Notes under the pieces: generated by a model
Told to the model about the DNA's origin: nothing
What the model saw: only the letters and a program-made list of their open reading frames with translations
The model's database searches: none
NCBI RefSeq assembly: GCF_006345805.1
Contig: NW_021834526.1
Coordinates: 1 to 47,841 of the forward strand
Direction: 5' to 3'
Source: Octopus sinensis
Lineage: Eukaryota
Length of the DNA: 47,841 nucleotides
Position numbers and translations under genes: made by a program
Part shown: piece by piece, positions 1 to 12,109 of the stretch
Layout of the letters: every line of letters begins with the position of its first letter
Position numbering within the stretch: the stretch's first letter is position 1

Positions 1-60
1 TGCATGAGAAAGAGTGAGAGAAAATTGTGGCGAAAGAGTCAGCAGAAGTTCACCATTTCC
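1..60 (-). mobile_element. SINE fragment (family D, same family as 12795-13212 and 16750-17012)
   Basis: gaaagagtgagagaaaattgtggcgaaagagtcagcagaagtt matches 16840-16880 nearly base for base. Confidence 0.8.
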
Positions 61-61
61 T

Positions 62-63
<2 letters not shown>

Positions 64-132
<69 letters not shown>

Positions 133-143
133 GTGTGTGTGTG
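64..143. repeat. (TG)n microsatellite
   Basis: Direct reading. Confidence 0.98.
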
Positions 144-558
144 TCTAGTATGACTGTTGATAATGAAAGAAAGCGAATGTAGAATTCAGTAAGAAAAAAT
201 GTAATAAATGATCGAGGTAATCGAGACAGCCATGCTGAGATAAGGGCGACATCAGTTTAAAAAGTAGAGATCAAATAGAGATGACTGCAACATTTCGGAT
301 TGAAGAATTTCATCGAAAACAAAAAGAAATAAAGAAATAAAAGATAAAAAAATAATAAGAGAAAGAAAGAAAAGATCAGCCGAGAAATTAGTGAAATGGA
401 AACATGTCTAAAATAGTTCACTAAAAGGTGAGGTGTTAACAGTAATGCGCTATGCTTTATTATATTTCATGCTGTTTTGCTTTTGATTAATACACTGTAT
501 TTCACTGAAGTACTTCCATCTGCAACGCTCCAAGATTTAAGCTAATAAAATTCTTTTC

Positions 559-1400
559 GAAAGGCGGCGAGCTTACAGAAACGTTAGCACGCCGGTCGAA
601 TGCGTAGCCGTATTTCGTCTGCCGTTACGTTCTGAGTTCAAATTCCGCCGAAGCCAACTTTGTCTTTCATCCTTTCGGGGTCGATTAAATAAGTACCAGT
701 TACGCACTGGGGTCGATATAATCGACTTAATCCGTTTGTCTGTCCTTGTTTGTCCTCTCTGTGTTTAGCCTCTTGTGGGTAGTAAAGAAATAGGTATTTC
801 GTCTGTCTTTACGTTTTGAGTTCAGATTCCGCCGAAGTCGACTTTGCCTTTCATCCTTTCGGGGCTCATGAATTAAGTACCAGTTACGCACTGGGGTCGA
901 TGTAATCGACTTAATATCTTTGTCTGTCCTTGTTTGTCTCTCTTTGCTTAGCCCCTTGTGGATAGTAAAGAAATAGGTATTTCGTCTTTACTCTTTTATA
1001 CTCTTTTACTCTTTTACTTGTTTCAGTCATATGACTGCGGCCATGCTGGAGCACCGAGTTCAGATTCCGCCGAGGTCGACTTTGCCTTTCATCCTTTCGG
1101 GGTCGATGAATTAAGTACCAGTTACGCACTGGGGTCGATGCAATTGACTTAATACCTTTGTCTGTCCTTGTTTGTTCCCTCTGTGGTTAGCCCCTTGTGG
1201 GCAATAAAAAATAAGAAACGTTAGCACGCCGGGCGAAATGCTTTGCGATATTTTGTCTCTCTTCAAATTCCGCCGAGGTCGATTTACCTTTCATCCTTTC
1301 TTAGCTCAATAAATTAAATACCAATTGCATACTGGTGTCGATCAAATGGACTGGTCCCCTCCTCCAAAATTTAGGCCGTGTGCCTAGATTACAAAAGAAT
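559..1400 (+). mobile_element. Head-to-tail array of four tRNA-derived SINE units (family B)
   Basis: Unit 1 starts GGCGGCGAGC..AGAAACGTTAGCACGCC with a B-box-like GAGTTCAAATTCC. The core GTCGACTTTGCCTTTCATCCTTTCGGGGTCGAT..AAGTACCAGTTACGCACTGGGGTCGAT recurs four times. Units start at about 559, 793, 976 and 1214. Confidence 0.9.
988..1055 (-). mobile_element. 3' tail fragment of SINE family A inserted antisense into array unit 3
   Basis: Reverse complement is GGTGCTCCAGCATGGCCGCAGTCATATGACTGAAACAAGTAAAAGAGTAAAAGAG, matching the tail at 47700-47742. Confidence 0.85.
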
Positions 1401-2469
1401 AAAGTCCTTATCGAATGTTTTTGTCTCAACGTTGTTTTGACTTTTTAGGTCTTTTAATTTGGATGGTCAAAGTTGGGATGAAGCTTTGGTCTGGGATAAA
1501 CTCGGCTATATGTTCTTCAACAGACGTGGCATAAGATTATTTTAGCTGAATTTTAAACTTCTCCCGCCTTCTTCAATATTTGCTATACATTCACACATTC
1601 ATAGATAGATAGATAAGAATATGTGTGTAACGAGAGAGCGACAACCTGGGAAAGATTTTATCATTTTATTATTTTTTTTTTAAACCACAAGACGAGTTAT
1701 ACCTGATTCAGTTATTTTGTTGGTTTGTTGTGTATTTCACTTGCTTTACTTCAAGAACATTCTTGCAGTGGAGAAGTTATACTTTAACTTGTAATTGAAC
1801 AGATTTAATTTAACCATCTATGTGGATGCAATCATCAAGATTAAATTAAGTTTTTTACTTGCTCCACGAAAATTTGCAAAATTCTTTGCAATGTGTAGAA
1901 AAATATTTTTCCTTCTCATCAAAAGGAAAAAAAAATCTTCACTATATTTAGATTCATGTCTCTTAAATAAATTTAAGTTCTGTGAATTTGATCCAACTTT
2001 ATTTGTTATTTACCCTTTTGCTTTCACGTTTTATTCCTATTGTACTATGCTATAGACAGTTCCAAGCGTTTGCGTCACATTATTTAACGGATAAACATTT
2101 TAGCTATGTTTAAATGAGAATTAACAGGGAATTAACAGTTTTTCGGCGCCGTGCTACTAACAATCGTTATCATTCTTTGTTTCTCTTTCGGTAATCTTTT
2201 TTATTCCTTGAACTAATTCTTCTAAGCAAGATATGGGCTTCTTGTGAGGAGGAATCTGCAATACGGTTTCGAATTTCAGCCGCAATGATTACCAAACAGA
2301 ATAACTAATCACCTTTATAATAATATGCCATAATAGCAGGCGCAACGGTACTAAAGTAGAGCCGTTGCCAGTATATAAAATCTTTAAGCATCAAAACTAA
2401 ACCATTATAGTTCAATTTAAATTACATACTGATGTTCGCATTCTCTTTCCATCTGTATTTCTTTAATTT

Positions 2470-2850
2470 GAAGCGCACGGTTGTGGGGTTGGGAAGCTAG
2501 TTCTACAATAACGTGCTTTCTCGTCAGTCCACTACGCTGCACCTTGGGTAAGACTCTTCAATTCATGTCCCAGGTCGACTAATGCCTTACGAGTAAATAT
2601 GAAAGAAGGAAATTGTGTGGAAGCCTCCTCACATACATGTACACACACATACACACAAATGCGCGCATGTGTCACATCAATGTGAAAATGCCATTGTGTC
2701 TATGTTTGTCCACCACTCCCATTGCTTGTTAACTGGTGTTGCTTTATTTACGTTCCCGTAAGATAGTGGTTCAGCAAAAGAGACCGATAAAATAAGTACA
2801 AAACTTAAAAGCACATAAATATGTGTGTCAATTTGTTCGACTAAAGGGTC
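2470..2850 (+). mobile_element. Decayed full-length SINE family A (tRNA-like head, internal CA/TA microsatellite, conserved tail)
   Basis: Head resembles 3413-3580 and 5100-5210; tail GGTTCAGCAAAAGAGACCGATAAAATAAGTAC..GTTCGACTAAAGG resembles 47620-47700. Confidence 0.75.
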
Positions 2851-3054
2851 AAATTTATATCATAATATACACGGGTTCCATTCAGGCATAAAATGCCACG
2901 CCACAGTACAACCTGCTATGTTGCTTTCTACAAAATATATGGTGTTTGTGCGTTAGAAGAATATGTATGTAGCTTTTGCTTCTCTGCATATAATCATGTG
3001 AATGCCTATTGCTACACATTACAAAAGTGAGGGCTTAATGTTAAGAAAATATGA

Positions 3055-3435
3055 TAAGATTTTCTTCTAAAAAGCTTTCAAATTTGAATTTCCGAAGTTT
3101 GTACAGAGGGAAGATTGCATTATCAACCACAGGTAGATGACATTCAAATATGGTGAACTCAGAAAAACACATAACGGCACAGAGAGATAATATATCTACA
3201 AAGTTCTTTGATTAATTAACCAAGGCTATATGGCTATATGGCTAAGATTTTCTTCTAAAAAGCTTTCAAATTTGAATTTCCGAAGTTTGTAGAGAAGGAA
3301 GATTGCATTATCAACCACAGGTAGATGACATTCAAATATGGCGAACTCAGAAAAACACATAACGGCACAGAGAGATAATATATCTACAAAGTTCTTTGAT
3401 TAATTAACCAAGGCTATATGGCTATATGGCTAAGA
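3055..3435 (+). repeat. 188-bp tandem duplication (2 copies)
   Basis: 3055-3242 and 3243-3430 are near identical; TAAGA occurs at 3055, 3243 and 3431. Confidence 0.95.
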
Positions 3436-3580
3436 AGCTCGCTTTGAAACGACGAGGTGTTGGGTTCAGTTCCCTTCCGCGGCACATGGGGCAAGTGTCT
3501 TTAACAATAGCCCCAGTCCAACAAATGCATTCAGAATGAATTTGGTAGATGGAAAATATGCGGAAGTCCGTCCTATACAT
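3413..3580 (+). mobile_element. SINE family A head, decayed
   Basis: GGCTATATGGCTAAGAAGCTCGCTT..GGGTTCAGTTCCC..GGCACATGGGGCAAGTGTC..TTTGGTAGATGGAAA; A- and B-box-like motifs. Confidence 0.75.
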
Positions 3581-5047
3581 ACCGTATATTCATATATATG
3601 CCGTGTATTCATTAGAGTATGTGTGCGCCCAAGTACATTTAATTTATATAATGATACGAAGAAAAAGACCTGGCAATAATTTGTATAGTAACAACATAAT
3701 GTTGGCTATAAGTAAGTGAATAAATGAATAAATATGTTTATTCACTCATATCAGTATTTTTGCTCTTTTTTCCCAAATTATGTTCACCATGTAGAGAAAG
3801 AGATATTAGCGGGTTCTTATGTATGTGTATTTAGCTACAAAGCTGATTAATCTCATTTACTTCACACTATGCAGAAATTTTGTCACTGAAACTAATTTAG
3901 CAGCAAAACTATATACATACGGATATGACTCTGTATGCTTATTAATTCATTTTCTTTCTTCTATATAGCATAATAGTTCCCAAATTATTTTTGCTCATGA
4001 AAACTTTGAATACCATCAATCTTTCCGGAATTGTTATGTATTGTGCAATTCTCAACATGACTATTGAAATAGCAACAGTAAATTGTATGGGTTTTTCGAC
4101 TTCTGTAATTTATTTTACTGTAATTGTTATCACATTGAGAATATTTCCTAATTTTATGAAGCGAAATGGAGAAATGATCATGAGAAACGATATCAACAAG
4201 GAGGGTACCAACGAAAATTCTGTAATGTTGTTGAATATAAATTTGCAGATTTTGCCAAAATCCTCGCAAAATGTTACGGCGTGTTATCAATTACGTTGTC
4301 AGCGACGTCTAGAGTTATACACCCCGCTGCTAATCTATCTAGGACAATCTGCAACTGAGACTTTACATCTTAGAAACTGGCAGCGGTAAATTTCGCTTCG
4401 GTGTAACATGATCGAGTCTTTCGCCAGAGTCAGCTACCATCATATGTTGGCTTTCTTACACAAATCTCTCTTTTCTTGGAAAGTTTCTAAATGTTGCATC
4501 TTACTTCTTTTGTGAAGTGGAATCTTTTAGTTTATAAAACCGTATGGCCACCTGTAATAGCTGTTTTGAAAAACATTCTGTTAATAAAGAACGCTTTATC
4601 TTATGAAGTCTGTTGGTTTTCGTTTCACTATGTTTATATATATATATATATATATATATTAGTTTCACTTCTATTACATTCAATATGATATATTTATATA
4701 TGTATATGTATTTACATGTATGTATACATATATATGTGTATATATATGTTTATATATATAGGTCTACATATATTTATGAATGTATGTATATGCGCATATA
4801 TATATATATATATGTATATATATATGTAGATATATGTGTATATATATATATATATGCATAAATATGTATGTAGGCATAAATATATATGTATATATGTAAT
4901 ATATATATTTATATATATATATATATATATACATATATATATTTATATATATATATATACATATATATATAGTATATGTATACATTATATATATGTATAT
5001 ATATGTATATATATATATATGTATTATACATATATACATATACATAC

Positions 5048-5078
<31 letters not shown>

Positions 5079-5099
5079 ATATATATATATATGTATATA

Positions 5100-5290
5100 G
5101 GCGTGGTATGGATGTGTGCTAAGAAGTTTGCTTCTGAACAAAAACTTTCCGGGTTCAGTCCCACTGCACGGCACCTTCGGCAAGTGACTTGTACTATAGC
5201 CTTCCATGTATGTCCTATATTTATATATTTATGTGTGTGTGCCTTTGTGACTGTTTTAGTTTAGCCCTCCCACACGACCATCGCTTAGAA
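5100..5290 (+). mobile_element. SINE family A, decayed
   Basis: GGCGTGGTATGGATGTGTGCTAAGAAGTTTGC..CCGGGTTCAGTCCCACTGCACGGCACCTTCGGCAAGTG. Confidence 0.8.
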
Positions 5291-5299
5291 AGTAGTGCA

Positions 5300-6322
5300 C
5301 TGCAGTGTTTTGGGAGTAGATCATGCATAATAGTTACAAAATATAGTTGTTTCACAAGAAAGCAAAATTTCTTGTCAGAAACAATCACATAAATGGTGAA
5401 ATGACATTGAAGGAAGACGTTGAAGCTTCCCCTCTGCGAGTTTATTTTATTCAAAAGCAAAGGGAGCTATTGTTTCGGAGAGATAAGCTAACAACAGCAG
5501 ATATAACTCTTATATGATGGAGAAGGTCAACTTGTCAGAAAAAGCAAAAGAAAATTACTACATCAGATCAAAAAAACTCTTAAACAAACTGAAAATTTTG
5601 GCAGAAGATTTGATTTGGTGTTTCTAAACAAGAAAAATTTCGACCAAGATCAAAAATTTAACAGAAGAAATGACTGGTGGTTATCTGTAAAAATTCCAAG
5701 TTTTATACATGCAATATTTACTGCAACTGTCATGGTTTTAGGGGTTGTCAGCAAGAAAGGACATGTGATGCCTCCTTATTTCTTTCCATAAGGCCTCAGG
5801 TGTAACTCTGTCGCCTACATTGAGATCTTGGAAATAATTGTTAAACCCTGGATAGACAGTGTATTCGATGGAAGGCCATATATGTTTTAGTAAGACTCTG
5901 CATTATCACACAACGTCCTAGAAACACTAGAATGGATGGCTGAAATTTTTCATGGTCACACAACCCCTAATATTTGGTCTTCTACTTCTAATTCCCCAGA
6001 TCTTCATACATTGGACTATTACGCGTGGAGTGTTGTTCATAGGGAGGCCAATGAATATGCCTATAACACCAAAGATTCTATGAAAGCTGTCTTAGACTGA
6101 GTAATATCTAACATAAATTAGGATCACTTAATTCGAGCATGTAGGTGACTTAGATCTCATAGAAGCAGTTGTTGAAGCTGAAGGCGGCTTTATTGAATAC
6201 TATAGAAAAGATTTATTTTAATCCTCATAGAAACGTTTTTATAAATATACTTATTATCTGTTATCATGTATCATTTTTTTTATTAACATAAAACTGTCCT
6301 CAAATATCTTACGCACCATGTA
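5300..6322 (+). mobile_element. Decayed Tc1/mariner transposon, maT (DD37D)-like; transposase pseudogene
   Basis: Manual translation across stops and frameshifts gives RSKKLLNKLK..KNFDQDQKFNRRND..TVMVLGVVSKKGHVMPPYFF..YIEILEIIVKPWIDSVFDGRPY..DSALSH..WSSTSNSPDLHTLDYYAWSVV..NTKDSMKA, diagnostic of maT-type transposases. The left TIR was not identified, so boundaries are approximate. Confidence 0.88.
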
Positions 6323-6814
6323 TGTACGCATGTATATAAATATATAATTAAGAATATGAATATATATATATATATTAATAATATGAATATATATATATAT
6401 TTAAGAGAATATATATATATATATATAAGAGAAATATATATATATATATATATATATGTATAAATATATATGTGCATTATGGGTACAGGATGCCACCAAG
6501 TGTGCAAACAACATGAAATACGTAAATAAACTATATAAATACGTGAGCAACAAGAAATAAATATCGAAAACAGGACAAGTAAACACAGAGAAAGGACACT
6601 TCATCAGTTGTTGGCTGTGTATCTAGTCATTCAACGACAATATCATCCTTCAAAGACAGTTGCTACCATAAATTCTAAAATTAAATTTAGGATATGTGTG
6701 TATGTATGTTTGTGTGTATGTATGTATGTATGTATGTATGTAATGTATGTATGTATGTATATATGTATGTATATGTATATATATATATCTTATCTTTTAC
6801 CTGTTTTATCTGTT

Positions 6815-6850
6815 TCATTCATTAGACTAGGGCCATGCTGGGGCACCACC
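6815..6850 (-). mobile_element. SINE family A tail remnant
   Basis: tgtttcattcattagactagggccatgctggggcacc is the reverse complement of the family A tail. Confidence 0.65.
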
Positions 6851-6889
6851 TATATATATATATATATATATATATATAATGTTTGATAT

Positions 6890-7100
6890 ATATCCGTTAT
6901 GTCAGGTCGTTCTTGGGCACTACTGGTAACATGTAACCGAGCACAATCTGTTGCGTGGTCGCATCGTCGGCGACTAAACTGGCAACCTCATTAAGCTTGC
7001 TTGGTGAGGAGGGTGACTATTGAACATCCTGCAGGACGCAAACTAAGACCTATCAAAAGACGGAAGAGCTCATGAGCAGTCAACGGCCATCCAACAATAT
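6890..7100 (+). mobile_element. Interspersed repeat fragment (probable SINE/LINE 3' region)
   Basis: GC-rich block GACTAAACTGGCAACCTC..GCTTGGTGAGGAGGGTG..AGTCAACGGCCATCC resembles a common octopus repeat recalled from memory; single copy in this window. Confidence 0.4.
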
Positions 7101-7619
7101 GTGTACATGTGTATGTATTCATGTATGTATATACAGAGATGTGGAAATACTTGGGCTGGCGTCCAGGCTCACGGTTGCCCCACTGGGAGTGGGTGGCCTC
7201 TCTGTTGTCATTACAGAATCTCTTAAGGAGAGGGAAACTGAGAGGAAATCTGAGATACTGATAATGTTCGATGATGCAGACTAGTTCTTCTTTTCGTGTT
7301 TATGTTATCCATGTTTAGAGAGTGGGTTTGGATTTGTGCACATTTTTTCCTCACTATAAAAAATCATCATGCACAGGCTTCACATGAAAAAAAGTAAGAC
7401 CTATCACAGAAATGGATGGTTTCTGCCTTCGCATATGCGGGTCTTTTGATCAAGGGATGACAATACTCGAACATGAGTTTGTAGCCGTCATATCGCTTGA
7501 TACGTGATAGAGAGACAGATAAATGTATACATAAGAGCACTTACAATATCAATGCACATCTATTACTTATCATCATCGCTTGTTTTATATACATACATAT
7601 GTATATAAGTCGAATGTAG

Positions 7620-7850
7620 AGGATGTAGAAGATTCGTAGGACACAGTGGTTATCGTTAGGCCTAACTCATGGTAAAGTAAATACCACCATGAACGATATC
7701 CGAACTGAAGTAGAAAAAGTTAGCCACTGGATTTGGTTAAAATGAGATGATAAGTTGATCTAGCAAACAGGACCATCATACCAGTGAGGGGGCCCAATGA
7801 TGTCGTCGAGAGGTAGGCCCCGAAACGGCGTACAGTCTCTACTGATAACT
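7620..7850 (+). mobile_element. HERO-clade (RLE) LINE extreme 3' end
   Basis: 7681-7750 translates TTMNDIRTEVEKVSHWIWLK*DD, matching the HERO C-terminal pattern EAAEKASRWLWLKR; a short 3' UTR follows. Confidence 0.6.
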
Positions 7851-8544
7851 CCATACACTTGCTGGCTTCCTGTATGTGCAGCTTTCGACTGATAGCCCTT
7901 GCATGTGCATGTTGTTTGCAACACACACACATACACACATACATACACATACACACACACATATATATATGTACTTATATATACACACTCATATGTATAT
8001 ATACATTCATATGTACATACATACATGCAGATACATACGCATATGGTGTATGAAAGGTTGTATATGTGTTCTTACGAAGTTATATAACCATCGCCTTAGG
8101 TTACGTCCTACAGATATACAAATGTGTATATAGCGTTAATATGTGTGTGCGTCTGTATATACATTTAAATATACCTATATTCCTGTGTATGAATGTGGAT
8201 ATATGTACTGGTTAAATATACACACTCTGTGCATATATATCTGCATCTTTAACCACCAGTATTTGTTGGAGCATGTAGCTCCCTAGCTCTCTCCTATATA
8301 TGTTGGAAGTTCTATATTTTTCTATATGCGTGTAAATTTCACTGCAGGCAAATGCCGAGTGATATATTTTACTTATATTTTACTCATGATAACATTTTTG
8401 CTATAGTTTTCCTTTATAGATATATCTCATTACATTTATTACTTCATCACCTTCAGCACTACTCCTTACAAATACACACACACAAAACTCATATATATAT
8501 GTATATGTACATATATATATATATATATATAATATATATATATC

Positions 8545-8575
<31 letters not shown>

Positions 8576-8598
8576 CATATACATATATATATATATAC

Positions 8599-8629
<31 letters not shown>

Positions 8630-9164
8630 TGGTTTTTGCTTTGTTTCCTTGTGTATTCACTCAGTAATTAGCTTGTCAAATCATGTTAGAAGTAAGAACA
8701 ATGTAGAAGATTGAGGAAGATTGTACCATGTGATGCTTCAATCATAGAGTAACTAATAGCAACATATTTAGCTGTAATGTCAGTGCAGTTGTGTAAGAAT
8801 ATATTACATTGAGAATTAATAAATATTGTAAGAACTAATTACATGGACATAATCATAGTCTTGTACCAGAATGCAAATGTTTTACTCGCTTATAATTGTA
8901 GCCAAGATTCCCATCCATTAATATTCAGGTATGATATAACAGACACAATATGACAAAAGAATATAGATGTGCATGCGGATGTGTGCGTAAACTAACACAC
9001 ACACGTATATATATATATATATATGCATGTATACACACATACATATGTGTTTATATGTCTGTATGCTTATATATTCATATATGTGCATGTATGTATATAT
9101 ATATATATATATATACATACATATATATATACATATGTATGCATATATATATACATACATGTAT

Positions 9165-9256
<92 letters not shown>

Positions 9257-9391
9257 ATATAACAGTTCCTTTCCACTACCTAAACCGAAAACCAACAATC
9301 ATTTTTGTTCAAGAGTTGATTCTCGTGGAACAATGAACAATAATGATAGCATCTCGCGTTTTACATACATACATACATACATATACATACA

Positions 9392-9427
<36 letters not shown>

Positions 9428-9434
9428 TACATAC

Positions 9435-9520
<86 letters not shown>

Positions 9521-10589
9521 GGAATATGGAGTGATATCATTAACGATACTTAGACTCACATATATGTAAATATTTATGTGTGTGTGAGTGCATGTATAGA
9601 TAGATAAATGAATGGATAGGTACATGTATATATATATATATGCACACACTCACATATATGTATGTATGCATGCACGTATGCATATATATATATATATATA
9701 TATAGATAGATAGATAACGCGAGATAGAGAGAAAAAGGTGGCGACTATACTACATAAAAATGCCAGTGTATTGCAGGACTTTGAGGAAATATGAATTTTT
9801 TTTCTTGTATATATACATATATATATATATACATATACATACACATATATATATGTGTGTGTGTATGTGTGTGTGTGAGTGCGTATGTATGTATATACGA
9901 AGATAATTACTATGTGCGCATTTAAGCAAGAGGAAACAACACGTCATAATGCTAATTTATTTTCTACACGTTCAGTGCAGCATTATCTAATAATATCTGT
10001 TTCCTAATTAAGTAATTATGCATAATTTTGAACATCTTACCTTCTGGGGACAATAATGTTCACATTTATCAAGATGGTAACATTGTTAATGTGCATTTCA
10101 TATATATGCGCGTTGTATGTATTCCCCGGTGAAAGTTCATTTGCGATTATTGATTAAAACGAAAATCAAACTTTGGTATAAAATCCAAAGTAAATATATG
10201 TTGTATTTCGTTATTGTATTTCTTGTTTGTTTGTACGTTAGTTTGGGAGTTTCGCTTCTTTTATTTAATTTTTTTCTTTTTTCCTTTTTTTCCCCTATTG
10301 CTGATGGTGTAGTTTCAATGGAATTTGTTGTCATTTTATTCTTTTTCTTTTGATCAATTTTTACAATGAATCCTAATTAAAGGGAAAATATAATTCTATT
10401 TAGAAACTATTCATATTAACCTATTAAGTTTCACCGTTTGTACTCAAACTAAGAAGTCCGGAAGGATTCAAAACATGAGAAATTTATTGTAAGAAAAAAA
10501 AAAGAAAACAAGAATGAATAACAACCAAACTCCTCCTTCTCCGCCTCCTCTTCCACCTCCTTCTACTACTACTACTAGCTCCTATCAGG

Positions 10590-11430
10590 AATTTTAATAC
10601 TAATAATGCTTTCAAATTTTGGTACAGGGCCGGCAGTTTCGGTGAAGGAGGTAAATCGATTACATCGACCACAGAAGAGTAAAAGGCAAAGACGACGCCG
10701 GCGGGATTTGAACCCAGAACATAAAGACGAACGAAATGTCGCTAAGCATTTTGTTGGACGTCCTAAACGACTCTGCCACTTACTCGCATTAATATTAGTA
10801 ATATTAATTATGAATGTTTCTGGTTTAGGCAGGAGGACAACAAGTCGAATTCATTTGAGTAGTACTTTATTTATCGACCCCCCCAAAACCAAAGATGAAA
10901 ACAAACTTGACATCGAATAATTTACTGTGGCTACTACCAGAATGTTTTAAAACTTTGGTACAAGGCCGGCAATTTGGTGCGATGAATAACGTTGACCAAT
11001 AATTTATTTTATCATCCCCGAACGATAAGTCGATGTCGTCGAAATTTGATTTCAGAACCAAATTAATAGGAAGAAATACCGCTAAACCTTTCGTCTGACG
11101 TGCTAACGAATCTGCCAGCTCACCGCCCTTTTTTGACGTAATAATCTTTACTATTATAGGCAGAGGGCCTGAAATTTGTGGTGAGTGGTTGTTGTCTACG
11201 TTGACCTCAGCGGTACTTATTTTATCAACGGCAGAATAATATAAGTCAAACTTGACTTCGAGTGATTGATTTCGATGTAATTATAAATATTGTTTCTGAT
11301 TTAGGCAGTTTTGAGATGGTAGAGCAGTTTGATACAATAGGCCTCAGTAATTGTTTGGTGTTTACTTTTATCAACTCCGGAAAGTTAAAGACAAAGTTAA
11401 ATTCATTGGGATGAGGATGATGGCCTCTCC
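10590..11430 (-). mobile_element. Cluster of about five co-oriented, decayed family B SINE fragments
   Basis: Repeated reverse-complement core (tttatcgacccc..aaagatgaaa / gacgacgccggcgggatttgaacc) and head (gctaacgaatctgccagctcaccgcc at about 11100-11128). Confidence 0.7.
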
Positions 11431-11499
11431 AATCGAGGAAGATGTTGCGTTTTGAGCTTTTGGTGAACAACCAATAAAAACTATCTGTATATATTGATG

Positions 11500-11695
11500 T
11501 GCCGTACATTAGCTCACGCCCTCCATCAAATCGATGTTGCCTGTACAGGTGCAGGCATCAGATGTCAAAGTGATCGTAGAGCAAGGTGAGATGAAGTGTT
11601 TTGCTCATGAACACAACTCACCACTTGGTAGGAATTGAAACTACGATCTCCTGATCGTGGGTGAAACAACCTAACCACTAGGCCATAATGTTAAT
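11500..11695 (-). mobile_element. SINE family E, decayed
   Basis: Reverse complement gives TGGCCTAGTGGTTAGG..GATCGTAGTTTCAATTCC (A and B box) then GTGTTCATGAGCAAAACACTTCATCTCAC; similar to 12110-12310 and 43100-43295. Confidence 0.7.
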
Positions 11696-12109
11696 TTCTA
11701 GATTTGGCACACCACAAAGTATTGAATGGGGTTGCACGTAAGTTTAGACCGTTTGGTCAAAAACAGAAGTTACTGAATGATGAATAAATATGAGATCAGG
11801 ATATATAAACAGATATAAATATTTAGTTCAATAATTAACACATACTATGTGAAAGTCACGAAAGAAAATTGCCTCCAAATAAAAACTACCTCAATATGTA
11901 ATATTTCATATTATTATAATTTTTCAGTTGCTAATCGCATCTTTGGAGAAGGAAAATGTTTTATAATTTACATCTACAAAACGTTTCAATCACTTCTATA
12001 TATATCCGATCAATATCAGACCTCTTTTTTCTGGACATGTATATAATGTATATAATATTGTGTTGTAATCCTACTAGTATAAATGTCTTTCTTGAGAACT
12101 AGCTCTCGT

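Noticed and set aside
559-1400. Regularly spaced repeats resembling a CRISPR array
   Set aside because: The whole ~183-bp unit repeats, there are no unique spacers and no cas genes, and the context is eukaryotic SINE DNA.
2165-2400. Minus-strand frame resembling a GPCR TM5-ICL3 segment
   Set aside because: Internal stop, no other TM segments nearby, and the similarity is only compositional.
7140-7285. Possible further RLE-LINE fragment (LTVAPLGVGGL)
   Set aside because: Too short and too divergent to support without a profile search.
10040-10150. ELSPGNTYNAHIY resembling a fibronectin type III motif before a minus-strand gtaag donor
   Set aside because: In-frame TAA upstream with no intervening AG acceptor.
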